In this document: positions 1 through 13,651 of the stretch, in pieces | Layout of the letters: each line of letters begins with the position of its first letter | Position numbering within the stretch: position 1 is the stretch's first letter | Origin: Eledone cirrhosa | Lineage: Eukaryota | Length of the DNA: 64,000 nucleotides | Assembly (NCBI GenBank): GCA_964016885.1 | Contig: OZ024746.1 | Location: forward strand, 57,536,001-57,600,000 | Reading direction: 5' to 3' | The notes under the pieces: model-generated | What the model was told of the DNA's origin: nothing | Databases searched by the model: none | What the model saw: only the letters and a program-made list of their open reading frames with translations | Translations under genes and position numbers: made by a program

Positions 1-720
1 ACTATTTCTCTACAGAACTCTAGGGTGGAATTTGCAGACTGAATTGCCCACCTGGTGGTCGACAAAGAATGCCTGGTAACATTCCAGATTCCAGGCGCCC
101 AGACTCGGTCTCTTATTGACCCAGGACTGCAGAAAGACATGACTCACAAAAGATGACCACAAATGCACACAGTTTAAGAATCTTTGAAGATGCCGTAAAC
201 ACAACGGCTCTTTGCGCATCAGCCATGATATGCTCAAAGTTCCAGGAGGATGGTGCTAGCAGCAGATGGATGCCTTACAAATGGAATCTTCACCACCCAC
301 AAAATGCGGAAGTGCAAACGTTCTAATTTGGTGAGGTACGAACGGGATCAATGCACGATGGTTCGGCGGTAATAGATGATGGACGCATTGTATGCACTCA
401 ACTACGAGGTTGTTGAACGGCATGCATTTGCCTCACCGTGTCAGGAGTATGGTCTTTACCCTAAGGCCTAGGTCTTTCTTAAACAACACTGTTACCCCAA
501 CTCCCATTCCCGGCCGTCTGAAATATCCGAATATTTTATTATCGCCGAAAATTGGGTTGAATACACGGAAACAGTAGTTTCGCTGCCGGCACTGACATCT
601 ATATCTACTGATCGGAGGTCGTTCAGCAAGTGATCCATCTTCTAGGACTATCCCAAGCCATGAAGATTCAAATATCCCACTCTATATCCCAAATATCCCA
701 ATGTTAGTTGGTTAAGTAAG
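1..720 (-). mobile_element. Decayed Tx1/L1-clade LINE ORF2 fragment (post-RT region)
   Basis: ORF 10..237(-) 'WLMRKEPLCLRHLQRFL...HVFLQSWV' aligns by eye with 'WLMMRKHALRLRHLWCFL...HVFPQL..LQSWV' of the LINE at 30701-31336. Right boundary approximate. Confidence 0.7.
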
Positions 721-1200
721 TGAGGTAGGATCTACTTTCTTCCATTTCAACACCAACCTGGCTGATTCTATGAAATAAAAACACATTTTAAAATGTTCCT
801 AATGAGATTAGAATTTTCCAACTTTATTTCATATCAGAAATGTATGTTAATTTGCTTTCTTATTAATCAAATCGTAAACAAATATACTAAATCCATTGGT
901 AAACTCAAATAGAATACATTTTATTAGAAATGCGTGCACGAAACGGTTAAATAGTTTCTAAAAGATCGGTCAATAACTGAGCAGATGGATAGAGAACGCG
1001 GGAATATAATTACGCCAGAGAAAGGCATTTAAATATTTCAATGTGTATGTGCGATAGATAAAAATGGTTAATACCGTGAGCTGGTCATTTATAAGTATCG
1101 ATTGTGATTTTAGACGGAGATAACTGGTTCATCTGTACTTTTCAGGCTAAAACTCATGTTTTTAGATGTATGCTATAAATATACTTATAATTTTATACAC

Positions 1201-1303
1201 TTCTCTCTCTCTAACACACACACACACACTCTATCTCTCTCTCTTTTTCTCTCTCTCTATCTCTCTCTCTCTATCTCTCTCTCTCTAACACACACACACT
1301 CTA

Positions 1304-1385
<82 letters not shown>

Positions 1386-1461
1386 ATCCCTCTCTCTCTC
1401 TGAATATATATATGGCAGCACCCACATATGCAAATACACACAATAAACACCTGTATGTATA

Positions 1462-1500
<39 letters not shown>

Positions 1501-1534
1501 GAATATATATTTATATATATATATATATATATAT

Positions 1535-1595
<61 letters not shown>

Positions 1596-1620
1596 GTATA
1601 TATATATATATTATATATAT
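1201..1620. repeat. Compound (CT)n/(CA)n/(TA)n microsatellite, representative of dozens in the window
   Basis: Direct reading. Explains the SL/ER/YI/HT 'ORFs'. Confidence 0.98.
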
Positions 1621-2032
1621 AAAGCCCAACTTAATGTTTGTATATTGGTATTCCTCTGGATGTTTGCAGTCAATAATTACAGACTTGCAATTGATACGAA
1701 AGATATGGCTGATGGGTCGGTGAGATATTCTTCATAAATCACTCCCAATATTCGGAATACAGCCAAGTATCCACTCGCTAATTTCTTCTACAAAACCCAA
1801 GCAATCAACCAAAACAAGAACAAGAGTAACAGACAAAACATATAACGCCAAAGATTGAGGAAATCTTAGCTTCTATAAACAAACCAAAATGTTTATTCTT
1901 TCTAATACTAAAATATAGAAATAAAAGTGAAATTTAATATGTCTTTCTGTCTGGAATATCACATGAGAGTATGCTGCATTATAAGAGGGTGAGATGGGAA
2001 GAAGTAGTATCCGTTTATGGGGATATCTGGGC

Positions 2033-2140
<108 letters not shown>

Positions 2141-2222
2141 TTGTATGTATATCTACTGATTATATGTATGAATATAAACATACATATTTATATATATATA
2201 TATATATACATATGTATAAATG

Positions 2223-2262
<40 letters not shown>

Positions 2263-2730
2263 AATATTGACGTATGTATATACACACACATACATATACA
2301 TATATATATGTGTGTGTGCGTGTGTGTGAGCTTGTTTGTGTGTGATCGTGTGTGTGTGTGTGTGTGTATGTGTGTGTATGAATATATATATATATACCAC
2401 CTTCACAAATATTACTACACGAGCCTTTCGCGCGACAGAGCGTAGGAAAAACTGTAAAAAGAATATTCCTCTATTGTTTATTTGTGATATACTTTACAGC
2501 ACGCAAAAGGGAAAACAAAATGGAAGATATGAACACGTAGCGATAGTGTCTAAATTTGTGTTGGTGCTAAAACGAGCTCCCATAAATACTAATTTCGATG
2601 ATTCTAAATTTCATTAGCTGAAATCAAACATAATTTTAGCGCAGCCACAATGAACACGTGACCTGTGAGTATTACTGACCTAAAGCGTATCACTTGAATT
2701 TCGATATCATGCATAAATTGATATGTATAG

Positions 2731-2777
<47 letters not shown>

Positions 2778-3345
2778 TGAAAATATATGTGTGTATAAAT
2801 ATATATATGTGTGTGTGTGTGTGTGTTGGTATATACATATGTACATATAGATGCATATATATATATATATATAAATGTATGTATATAATATACATATACT
2901 GAAAGATAAACCTCAGTTTTAAAATGAAGATATAAATGCTGGAACACGCATGGACATAAAATCACATGACTAATTTGATAACATAGATTGTATGATATAT
3001 GGAGCATAGATACAAGTGCCACATCGATTGATATTCTTAATCTATTCGTTCGCACGTTCAAAAACACACACTGGCATACAAACTAACACACACACACACG
3101 GAATGACATCTGTATATAAATGTATATATGTATTCACACATATATACATACGAATACATGTGGATGTATGCGTATATGTGTGTGGCTGTTGATTTGTGGT
3201 AGGCCAATCTATGTAAACGTATAAGCAATACGGAAACTAACTAATCCCGGTTTATATATTTTATCTTGTTTTTATTATACGCATGATTGATTTTCCCTAC
3301 AAATATGTACATATTGAAACAACACTGTTAATGTATATATATATA

Positions 3346-3440
<95 letters not shown>

Positions 3441-3637
3441 CTGACGATGGAAACTCCCTTCTTCCTTTCTCCTCCTGTTCCGTCCTAATCACCACCGTAA
3501 ACCTTGTTTTTAGTAACCACACAGCTCCTTTCGTTTCATAACTTTTTATATTTACCGCTGTGATCCCTACCTGCTTTTGTCTATGTGTTCCCTCCACACT
3601 TTCGCATCGACCCTCCCTTCTCTCTTCCCTTCTCTCG

Positions 3638-3710
<73 letters not shown>

Positions 3711-4383
3711 CGTTCGGTTTTGATTGTTGACATGTTTACACCCTACTGAATCATCTCCCTTTCCCTTCTCCTCCTCATTCTGGTTGCCCGTGTCTCTCAC
3801 TTTCTTCTGTCTATGTAAGAAGCAGCACGATTATAACAGCTCTGAGTTGTAGCTGACCACCAGGCTAAAATCTCCCAGGTTGCCCACAACTTACTTACTT
3901 TCCCTATTTTTCCACGGTTACTTTTTTGCATGTTTTTCACCTGTGTCTTCCCACGATGAAACCTGTACACTTTTTTTCTCATATTCCTTTTCCCTTTCCC
4001 ACTTTCTTCCTCTCTCCTCATCCTTTCCCCTGTTATTCCTCCTTTCCCTCTCTTTCCTTTTCTCTCTCCATTTTTCTCCCCCTTTTTGTTTCTCTCTTTC
4101 TCTCTCCTTACAAGAAACCTACGTTTGGTTGGCATAGAGGACCATAATTAGAAACAATTATTTGATAAACAAGCACATCAACGATTTTTAAGTCTCTCAT
4201 GGGGTTACCCCCTTGATAATTAGTTTTGAAACACAAAATATTTGAGATCATTAACTTTGCTAAGGTTAGATTCTTTTGTTAACTTAGCGATTTAATTTTC
4301 TTTCTAATGCATTGTTTGGTGTTCAAAATTATTAAAATGTTCCTATTCAACAATGCTTCAAGCAAGCTACAAAACACTGTTAG

Positions 4384-4429
<46 letters not shown>

Positions 4430-4431
<2 letters not shown>

Positions 4432-6508
4432 CAAAGGAGGTGTGGTAAGGAGCCAGATGGACCATAACGCACCAGAGTACTCAATACTTATGGTAGTATA
4501 GTGGGTAATAGGAAAATGTATGACCCCGACGGCAATGCTCAAGCCGTTTCGACGGCTATTTCTGGACTAAATTAGAATGTTTAGCCTGGTAAATAAATAG
4601 CCGAACTTTTCAAGGGGTACTTCCTTATATGGGAAGATTGTAGTTGTCAAGCGGATTGGTCAACATTTTTTTAAAACACAATTAAGCCTATCATGGCAGT
4701 GGGTGGGTGGTGGGGGTGGCTGAAGTTGCCTGTAGAGCAATGAGGGATTGGGTGGAGCCGGTCACGCATTGAAAGTGAAATCTATACAGCAAATTCTAAG
4801 GATTGTGTATGAAAGTAGGCTAGAGGAAGGAGGCGAAAAAGGGTTCTGGAGAAAATAGAGGAGAGACGTTATAGAATAGGTAAATCAATTGAGATTTGTA
4901 GACAATAAAAAAATAAGAGAAATATATATAAAAATATAAAATTTGATAGTAAGAGGTGATAAAAAACAAAATCTGTGGAGTCTAAAACAGCTGATATAAT
5001 ATGTTGTTTTTTCGGCCAATGCTATAGAATAGGTTAATAAGTTGAGAATAGAAGATACTAAATAAGAATATTTGAAGTTATAGAATTGGGTAGTAAAAAG
5101 TAATACAAAATCTTTGGAGACTATCACAGCTGCTATGATTAGTTAGTAATGCGTTTTCGACCAATGCTATCTTTAATTTACTGGGGTGGGGGTACTAAGG
5201 CTACAGAGGCCCGATGGGCTGCCCCGGGGTAGGCGAAAGGGGAAGAAAGAAAGAGGGAGAAGATCGGGAGTGGAAGGAAGTGATAGGAGGAGACAGAAAG
5301 TAGAAGAAAACAGAGAGGAAAAGAAAAGATGTACATCTACCTATGTAAGCTCTGGTTATTCGGCAAGTGGGATGTGTCAGCCATTATCTACCAACTCGGG
5401 TCATTAGGGTGATTGACGGCGAGGTAAGTCCTACGCAATCAGTGTTTCCATGCAGTTACCAGTTCGTCTTTTTTGTTTAGGAGTTGGTCCTTCGTAAACA
5501 ACATTTGTAATGTTTCCTCCGAGCATAAATTACAGGGACGGCGTCCTCCCGCGTAGGAGTTAGCACTGGACAGTAAGCTCCAAGTAAGATTGTATGTTAT
5601 GTTATTATCTTGGAGGTGCCAGATGTGGCCCGGAAGTGTAGTGGCATGTCGCCGGACCGGATTTCGGAACGTATATCGGTGTTGGTAGAGCCGGGTCTTA
5701 AAGTTGTTGGAGGTGTCTGTCTTCACGTTGCACTGGTAGATCACGTTACGTTCTCAGCATCTGTTGTTGAGCGGGCACGTAGATCTATCAGGGCAGTTAC
5801 ACGTCCTGGTCGGTTCGCCACTAATGTCTAGATTGTTTCTTCCATAGGGGATGATGTTTTTTGTTGTTTGAGGAGACGATGCTCTGTGCGAAGTTGGGTG
5901 TGGTGCTGTAGGAGAGTTTGATAGTGTTTTCGTTGATTATGTTGTGGTAGCGGTGTTTTGGTGGGAAGTGCTTTTCGACTAGCCTAAAGGTGATTTTCCC
6001 GATAGGTGTTGCCACCTCGGCATTGTGGGGAAAGTTGAACCACGTTAAATGGCGTGGGTGGCGACGTCACCCGCTCGTTCCGCTAAGGGAAGCTGGATAA
6101 AAGGATATTTCCTCCCGGAAGCCGCTTCGCTTGAGGGCCTCGTTTTAATGAGGCGCATGTTCGTCGAATATATGCTCATTAGCGGACAGACGAGATATGC
6201 GGAGGGAGATCACCAATAACCTGGTTAAAACTTCTCCCTCCGCATATCTCGTTTGTCCGCTAATGAAAAGATATTCGATGAACATGTGCTTCATTACAAC
6301 CAGGCCCTCAAGCGAAGCGGCTTCCAGGAGGAATTATCCTTTTATCCAGCTTCCCTTAGCGGAACCAGCAGGCGACGTCGCCGCCCAGCCAAGTAACGTG
6401 TTTCAACCTTCACCATAATGCCGAGGTGGCAACACCTATCGGAAAATTCTTCTTTAGGCTCCTCGAAAAACATTTCCCACCACAACACCGTTACCACAAC
6501 ATAATCAA
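4430..6508 (-). mobile_element. 5'-truncated Penelope-like element with pLTR (family A), GIY-YIG remnant and inverted 5' segment, inserted in (TA)n
   Basis: Minus-strand peptides 'FRLVEKHFPPKHRYHNIINENTIKLSYS' and 'IYQC...FKTRLYQHRYTFRN...TWSLL...CNLCSEE...LLNKKDEL'. Arm ~5934-6209 is the reverse complement of 6233-6508, which reads SLRISRLSANEKIF...YNQALKRSG. (TA)n on both sides. Confidence 0.88.
4522..4618 (-). ncRNA. Decayed type I hammerhead ribozyme in family-A pLTR
   Basis: Minus strand: ACCCC-TTGAAAA (two changes from CTGANGA)-stem II CGGCTATTT..AAATAGCCG-TC-GAAACGGC..GCCGTC-GGGGT. Stems I, II and III all pair. Confidence 0.65.
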
Positions 6509-7043
6509 CATATATATATATATATAATAAGGGTTGACGGACCCAGCATATTTATCAATGCCGGTACCGGTTGTATCTCAGCGCACTCAATGGGCAATGT
6601 AAGATACATTACCAGAGTATACACATAGTTATTTGCCTCAACACAACACACGTGACACGGGTGCCTATAAGGTTCCCGGACTCGAGTTTCTGCCGCACTA
6701 ATGCAGCAGTAAGGTGTACTGCACCATCTGCCTGCATATATTATGCAACAATGGACAGTCGGCTTATGCGGCTTCATCAGCGGGTATCGCCTAATCAATA
6801 ACCAATCGATCAACAGAATCCAAACAGCGGCCCATGCCGGCCATGACTGTTTGTGTCAACTGACAAGGTAAAGCGATTAGCTAGTGGCAACCGATAGGAA
6901 TCTATCTCTCAACCAGACACTGATTTACAAATTTTACGTGGGGATGGGAGGTAAAAAGATTCAATCTTGTAGTTCCTGTCAGAAGCCCTCAGCCAACGTG
7001 TCTCACACACAAATTATCAAGAGGTGAAAAGATGGCTATATAT

Positions 7044-7175
<132 letters not shown>

Positions 7176-7188
7176 TTATCTATATATA

Positions 7189-7266
<78 letters not shown>

Positions 7267-7270
<4 letters not shown>

Positions 7271-8024
7271 CAAGGTTTAGCAAATAAGAAAAAGTTTCAA
7301 AGTAAATTTCAAAACATTCATTGTACTCACTATGGTTACCTTTACCGAATCGGTTTCGAGTCTCAAAAATAAATGGACAGTCCTTGCGACCTTCCATTGA
7401 AAAGATAAACTCTGGTCTGAAGGTTCTTTTCACTCGGAGAATATAAAATTCCCGAGTTCAAATTACGAACTGGCGCTATTCAAAATTGTTCCCGAGATGA
7501 GAATGAATGATGTGGAAGCAATTCTGTCCAGTGCCGTGTGTAAAGATAGAAACAGAGGCAGGGATGTCAGTCTACTACCTCTATAAATAGCAGCAGTCAA
7601 AACGACAACCTTTTTTTCTCGACCAAGAGGAGTATAATAATAATAAAATATATATCCCTACACGTAGAAAGCGTCCAGGGACTCATGTATTTTCCAACCA
7701 TATGCCAATGTGGTTCAATGGCAGGTTAATAAATTAACGAGCCAGAACATATATAATCAAGGTTTAGCAAATAAGAAAAAGTTTCAAAATAAATTTCAAA
7801 AAATTCACTGTACTCACTATGGTTACTTTTACCGAATCGGTTTCGAGTCTCAAAAATAAATGGACAGTCCTTGCGGCCTTCCATTGAAAAGATAAACTCT
7901 CGTCAGAAGGCTTTACACACGGCACTGGACAGAATTGCTTCCACATCTTTCATTCTCATCTCGGGAACAATTTTGGATAGTGGCAGTTCGTAATTTGAAC
8001 TTGGGAATGTTATATTCTCCGAGT
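7267..8024 (-). mobile_element. Two copies of a pLTR-like HHR module (family F); the distal segment is inverted in copy 1
   Basis: 7267-~7423 repeats at 7754-~7910, each starting TAATCAAGG after a TA run. 7432-7545 is the reverse complement of 7911-8024. Confidence 0.8.
7825..7911 (-). ncRNA. Type I hammerhead ribozyme, intact core
   Basis: Minus strand: GCCTT-CTGACGA-GAGT...ACTC-GAAACCGATTCGGTA-AAAGT. GUA cleavage triplet. One stem I mismatch, which is paired (AAGGT) in the sister copy. Confidence 0.85.
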
Positions 8025-9718
8025 ATGGATATATAGATAGATAGAAAGATAGATATATAGACATATATATTAAAATACCTATATAATATATATATATATA
8101 TAGTTTCGTTGACAAATATATCAATATGCTTAGACATGCAGATATATTGCCCTTGGTATGACAGTGTGGTTTTAGCTCAATGTAGGATAATCGTGTGATC
8201 TAGGCGCCGCTGAATCGACCAAGCCCCAGGGGGAAGGGGTGGTTGATCGCTGGGGGCTTCGAATCAAAGAAAAGTCTCGCCCCTAGCTTCCCGTTGGATA
8301 TCTAATGAATCCGCCCTTTATGACGCGAATTGCCTCCCATACCTTTCATAGGTACACTACGACTTCCTGTGTTTATAATCGGACTACCTGTTATGTGTTA
8401 CTAGCGAGAGATTCATCTTTCAATGTTGGAGTTAGTTGAATATGAATTGTGATCCAGCTTTGATGAATTATAGAACCATACTCAAGGCAAAGTTCAGCAC
8501 TGGATATTGAACTCCCGCCGACCTAGGAGGGGTCACACCCGACTGTGAATGGATTGCAACCTCCGGAGTCAATAATCTAAACGAAAACCACGTGGCGGAC
8601 ATATAAATAACATAGCTGTCATTGACAGGTTTGGCTGTGAGTTCTCTCCTCTATATATAACTATATATTCTACAGAAATTTGCACTCAGTATAATAAACC
8701 CGCCTATTATTATAACATAACTGCTCATTCTGCCATATGTGATTCTCGGAGCGGAGTCTCCTATATACACTTTTTTCTCTATATGTAACGGGATAGCCAT
8801 CACGATTTGTATTTACTGCGGTATGGATGAACGCCAATTTGGACATACAGTGAAGTTCACCTGGCACGTTGGATTGAGCGACCGAACGTGAGGATTTGGG
8901 GGAATGCCAGTTTCTGCGGACGTGGCGTGTTTTCAATTTACTCACATCTGTGCCGGCTGTATATGTACCATACATTTCTTTAACTCGTCGTACTTTCTTT
9001 TTTTTTTTATTTTAGATTTTAGTTGTATATTCCAGACCGCCTATGGTGATAAATCCCCTGGGTATAGGTTTTGGAAAAATAGTGTTATCACACTTAACGT
9101 TCGGAACTGGAACATATCGATGTGGTTCGTAGGGTGTGGATATGATAAGGAGAATCGACCTGTTACAAGGCGATATAATTGGAGTAAACCATCCCTCATA
9201 TGGACTATCATATATGTAAGGCTGCACCACTGCTAACCAACCATTCTTTTCACAGTCTCATGCTTGCAAACTCTCTTAATCTGCCTGTACACACTGTTTT
9301 TGCACTGCTTGTGCTTTGATGTATCTATGATTTGCTTTGTCTTATATTTTGGGGGGTTTTCCAGGTTTGTTGTTCCTTTATTGTTTTGTATTTTTATATT
9401 TATCTCTTTCTTATCCCTGTATTTTTGTACTTTTTTATTATTATTTTAATTATTTTCTTATTGTTTCTGATCATGCTGAGTAATACCCTCACTCATCCCT
9501 GGCTAGCCTCTCCCAACCTCTTTATCATCTATTGCACCATTTAAGTGGTACATTTTTGTGTAATTTTTAAATTGTTAAGATATTTTATGACATGTGTATC
9601 ATGTATTCTGTCTTTTTCGATATAGCGCTGGCCTCGGGACCACACTCCTGGTCCTTTAACCTTGTTCTGGTGACGCAGATCGATGGAGCATGGAACTGCT
9701 GATATACTCTTGTTTACA

Positions 9719-9765
9719 GGCTATGATGATTCCTGCCATGGTGTATGGATGAAACACTGTTAGCT
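9719..9765 (+). ncRNA. Decayed type I hammerhead motif
   Basis: GGCT-ATGATGA (C3 changed)-TTCC...GGAT-GAAACACTGTT-AGCT, followed by AATAAA and then a TA run. Confidence 0.55.
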
Positions 9766-9887
9766 AATAAAACAATGTAATTCTAAGCACTCTTTGGTTA
9801 TTCCTATAACTATATATATATATACATATATACATATATACACGCACACTTACATATATATACAAGTACACATACATAAATATATAT

Positions 9888-9928
9888 GTCGAAAGGGCTT
9901 GAGCTCTGCCGTCGGGGTCATACTTGTT

Positions 9929-9931
<3 letters not shown>
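9888..9931 (+). mobile_element. Family-A pLTR short-arm fragment in (TA)n
   Basis: GTCGAAAGGGCTTGAGCTCTGCCGTCGGGGTCATACTTGTTCC matches the other family-A copies. Confidence 0.8.
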
Positions 9932-10003
<72 letters not shown>

Positions 10004-10008
10004 GTGCG

Positions 10009-10039
<31 letters not shown>

Positions 10040-10079
10040 GTATATATATATATGTATATATATATTCATATATATATAC

Positions 10080-10151
<72 letters not shown>

Positions 10152-10463
10152 GCAAACTTATATATATATATGTATATATGTATATATCTATCTATCCATA
10201 TATATATATATACAAGTTAATATAAATTAATATATGATAAACACTAATACAATCATATCAGTGTTTGTATTGCAAATGACCAAGTTAGCTAGATTGAAAA
10301 ATAGTAATTAGATTAATTTAGTTTGCCTGCGACCCGACCATGGGACAGGTTGTACTGGAATACATGTTACCATTAGCACCAAGTGGTGTCCTGACATATG
10401 TATATATATGTATATATACTTACATACACACATATATATATACATATACATATACATAAATAC

Positions 10464-10496
<33 letters not shown>

Positions 10497-10516
10497 ATAT
10501 ATATGTATATATAATA

Positions 10517-10610
<94 letters not shown>

Positions 10611-10614
<4 letters not shown>

Positions 10615-10954
10615 GGGCCACGTATGTCAGAAAATCAAGTAAAATAGTTTTTTATTTTTATTTTACTTTGTATTGTTATTCGTATTTTCCGGGAGATTCC
10701 AATACCCATTCGTTCAGTTTCGGCGACCCGATTTGTATTATATATATATATATATATATATAGGAACCAGTAAGACCCCGACAGCTGAGCTCAAGCCGTT
10801 TCGACGGCTAATTCTGGACTCCAGAAATAGCCGTCGAAACGGCTTAAGCTCAGCTGTCGGGGTCTTACTGGTTCCTATTACCCATTCTACTACCTCAAGT
10901 ATTGAGTACTTTGGTGCGTTATGGTCCACCTGGTTCCTTACCACATTTCCTTCG

Positions 10955-10997
<43 letters not shown>

Positions 10998-11151
10998 AGA
11001 TCTTATATGTATATATATAATACAATATATTTATAAAAACTGCACGAATGAGTATATGAATCTCCCGGAAAATACGAATAACAATACAATGTAAAAGAAA
11101 AATAATAAACTCTTTTACTTGCTTTTTCTGACATAGGCGGCCCCTCATCAG
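10611..11151. repeat. ~110-bp inverted repeat pair (10611-10719 / 11038-11147) flanking a family-A insertion
   Basis: TGAGGGGCC..TATGTCAGAAAA..GTATTGTTATTCGTATTTTCCGGGAGATTC recurs as its reverse complement. Confidence 0.8.
10761..10957 (+). mobile_element. Family-A fold-back pLTR mini-element in (TA)n
   Basis: 10761-10818 is the reverse complement of 10820-10877. The long arm continues to TTCCTTCGTTA. Confidence 0.9.
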
Positions 11152-11269
11152 AGGCGTGTATACCATCAGGATAATCACAAAGCAACACGTATTTGATGTC
11201 GTTATATACACATTCCCTCCCTACCTTATTCTGAAATAAACATACTAATTTGCACATAATTAATGTTTG

Positions 11270-12000
11270 TGATGCGTCATCTACCACCACCTGATCTCCA
11301 TGCCTTGCCTCCGTTCGCATCTCACCAAATTGGAACGATTGCTCTTCAACATTGTTTGGGAGTGATATGATTCATAGGTGAGCGAGTCCATCAGCTGCCG
11401 CCAGCCTCTTTCCGGAGAACTTCGGATCTTCAGATATTCTGAAACAGCGCACAGTTGTGTCCGCCGTTTGTATGCCACGCCTTTCTGCAGCTCGTGACTT
11501 GACCGAGCTGCAGTCCTGGGTGAAGAAGACACAGCAACAGCGGCCCTCGTAGCTGGAATGTTGCATATCTTAATTGACCTAGAATGCGAGGCTGGATTGC
11601 ACGGCTGTTAAGGAAATGCCTAGATTTCGAGGTACTGACGATCTTCATGGAGCTGGACGGTACGTTTGTGGTCTTAATGAGAGAAAAAGCGAAGGTGCTG
11701 CTTTTAGACTGGTGATCGTATATGCTATAACTTACGTAAGTCGTACCCGGACACTGCTGACTTGTGGAGACTTGTAGAACAGGTCGATTCCATCTTGCAG
11801 ATCACTCCTCCAACTTATTTGACCGCGAAGGACAGGAACTCTTTCTCCCTCTTGTGGCTGTAGCAAATGAGGATTCGTGGTGGATGCGAATGTAAATGAC
11901 TAAAGAAATGCACTTTCCCGTTCGTCTAAGCCCTGATCAACGTTTTGAGGGTGGAAAAATAGTTGCTGCACTCTGTACATTTGTTAAAATAGGAAAGGCT
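11270..12000 (+). mobile_element. Decayed Tx1/L1-clade LINE fragment
   Basis: Reads 'PCLRSHLTKLERLLFNIVW' and GAGCTGCAGTCCTGGGT (ELQSWV), homologous to 31070-31340. Confidence 0.7.
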
Positions 12001-12019
12001 TGAGTGACAACCTACTTGG

Positions 12020-13445
12020 AGCATGCATCTGAGGGAGGTGAGTTCCGAAAGGAGGGAGACAATTTCCTACAGTATTTTTGGCGATAAGGGATACATCATA
12101 GAGAGGGTAGAGACCAAATCTGGCTTCAATAGGGCTCTGATCAATTTGGACAAAACGAAAACTTTTGAACGGGTCAAACATTACACCACGGATTCGGTCC
12201 CGCCGAGGGGCTACATCATTTTAATGCATCTACTCGGTGGTGACAGTAAATTGCCACTTCTCAGAACCATTTCAGGTCATTCGCTCGGTCCGTCAAGAAT
12301 GATCTCAATTACGGAAACTACTGCTGCTAAAAATCTCGTTTCAACCTAGAGTCATCTAGTTCAAGCCGGTCCTGCAGTTGCTAAAATTAGAACGAGGTAA
12401 CAGGAAGGCTAGTCAATCGCACCCAGAAATATGCCGAAAAGAAACTATTCCTAAATATTCTGGCAGATGTGCTGAACATATGTATAACCTCCGTGATATA
12501 CTATCACCTGACCATCGCGCCTTGCTCCAGTTCGCGTCCCACCAGATTGGAACTTCTACTCTTTATGTTTTGCGGATGGAAAGGGTTCTCTACTCATATA
12601 ATGCATCTCCCCCACCACCATTTGCGCGGAGGACTCAGCAAGACATGGCACATGTTGTACAAATATGCTATGAGGGTATATTATTTGCAAATGTCCCTCA
12701 ACGTTGAATAGTTATGGGCGTCTATTGTCAAGCTTTTTTTTACCACAGCTTGTCTCTTTCACGTATCTTCAGCCTAATGTGATATGAAACCGGAATGTTA
12801 TCAGGGGCTTACACCCTTCTGATCATCGTCACATGCGGTCAGTGAAAAAAAAACACGTTAGCGTTCTACATAGAAGTAGGAATGGGCAAGGGCGAATATG
12901 TTTTCGGAGAAACTCTAGGTATTGAGCAACATGAATATTAGTCTGTTCACAGAATTTTAGCCTATACTCTATGGTCGATGTCCAGAAAAGCCTATTTTGG
13001 CAATGCTTCCAGGGAGCCTTGCCATTTCGCTACAAATTCTACGGACACAGAAGTGCTGTCGGATGGATCTGTCTGTGCAAATGCAGCGCTATGAAACTAT
13101 TCCACACACACTGGACTACTGTGATATTTTGCTCAGTTAGAAGGGAAGGGAAGGAAAGCCCACTCTCCTCTTTCTGAATGCTATGGCGAATGTTTTTGTG
13201 TGATGGACACGACAGAATGTACTGACAAATGACACATTTCTTTCCGCCTAGCCTTCATCGACTTTACAAATTGTGATTGGAAAAGAGTTGAGGGTTGAAT
13301 AAGGAGTGTAGCCCAGCAGTATTTTTCTTAAAACGTTTGTTAATATAACGAGGATAGCTTGAATGAATGGGCCTACACTATGTAAACCTCTACTGTCACT
13401 GAATATTGTATTGTTCTCTATCCTTTCTGTCCTAGTGGCCAATAA
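12020..13445 (+). mobile_element. Decayed Tx1/L1-clade LINE 3' fragment (RT remnant to 3' end)
   Basis: 'ALINLDKTKTFERVKH' (RT LD..KAFD motif), 'PCSSSRPTRLELLLF', 'QKSLFWQCFQGALPFR'. Ends GTGGCCAATAA like the copy ending near 32339. Confidence 0.7.
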
Positions 13446-13468
13446 TGAACTCACTATTACTACTACTT

Positions 13469-13469
<1 letters not shown>

Positions 13470-13499
<30 letters not shown>

Positions 13500-13651
13500 A
13501 ACTACTACTGCTACTGTTACTACTGCTGCTACTGCTACTACTACTACTACTACTACTACTAGTAGTAGTAGTAGTAGTAGTAGTAGCAGTAGCAGCAGTA
13601 GTAACAGTAGCAGTAGTAGTTGTAGTAGTAGTAGTAGTAGTAGTAGTAGTA
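13470..13651. repeat. Perfect 182-bp palindrome of (CTA)n/(TAG)n with mirrored variant units
   Basis: Checked block by block: 13561-13651 is the exact reverse complement of 13470-13560. Centre ACT|AGT, no spacer. Confidence 0.97.

Noticed and set aside
6755-6790. CTGATGAAGCCGCATAAGCCGAC on the minus strand
   Set aside because: GAAA box absent and stem I unconvincing.
8670-9236. Overlapping 100-110 aa ORFs upstream of the decayed HHR
   Set aside because: No RT, GIY-YIG or other motif recognised in any frame.
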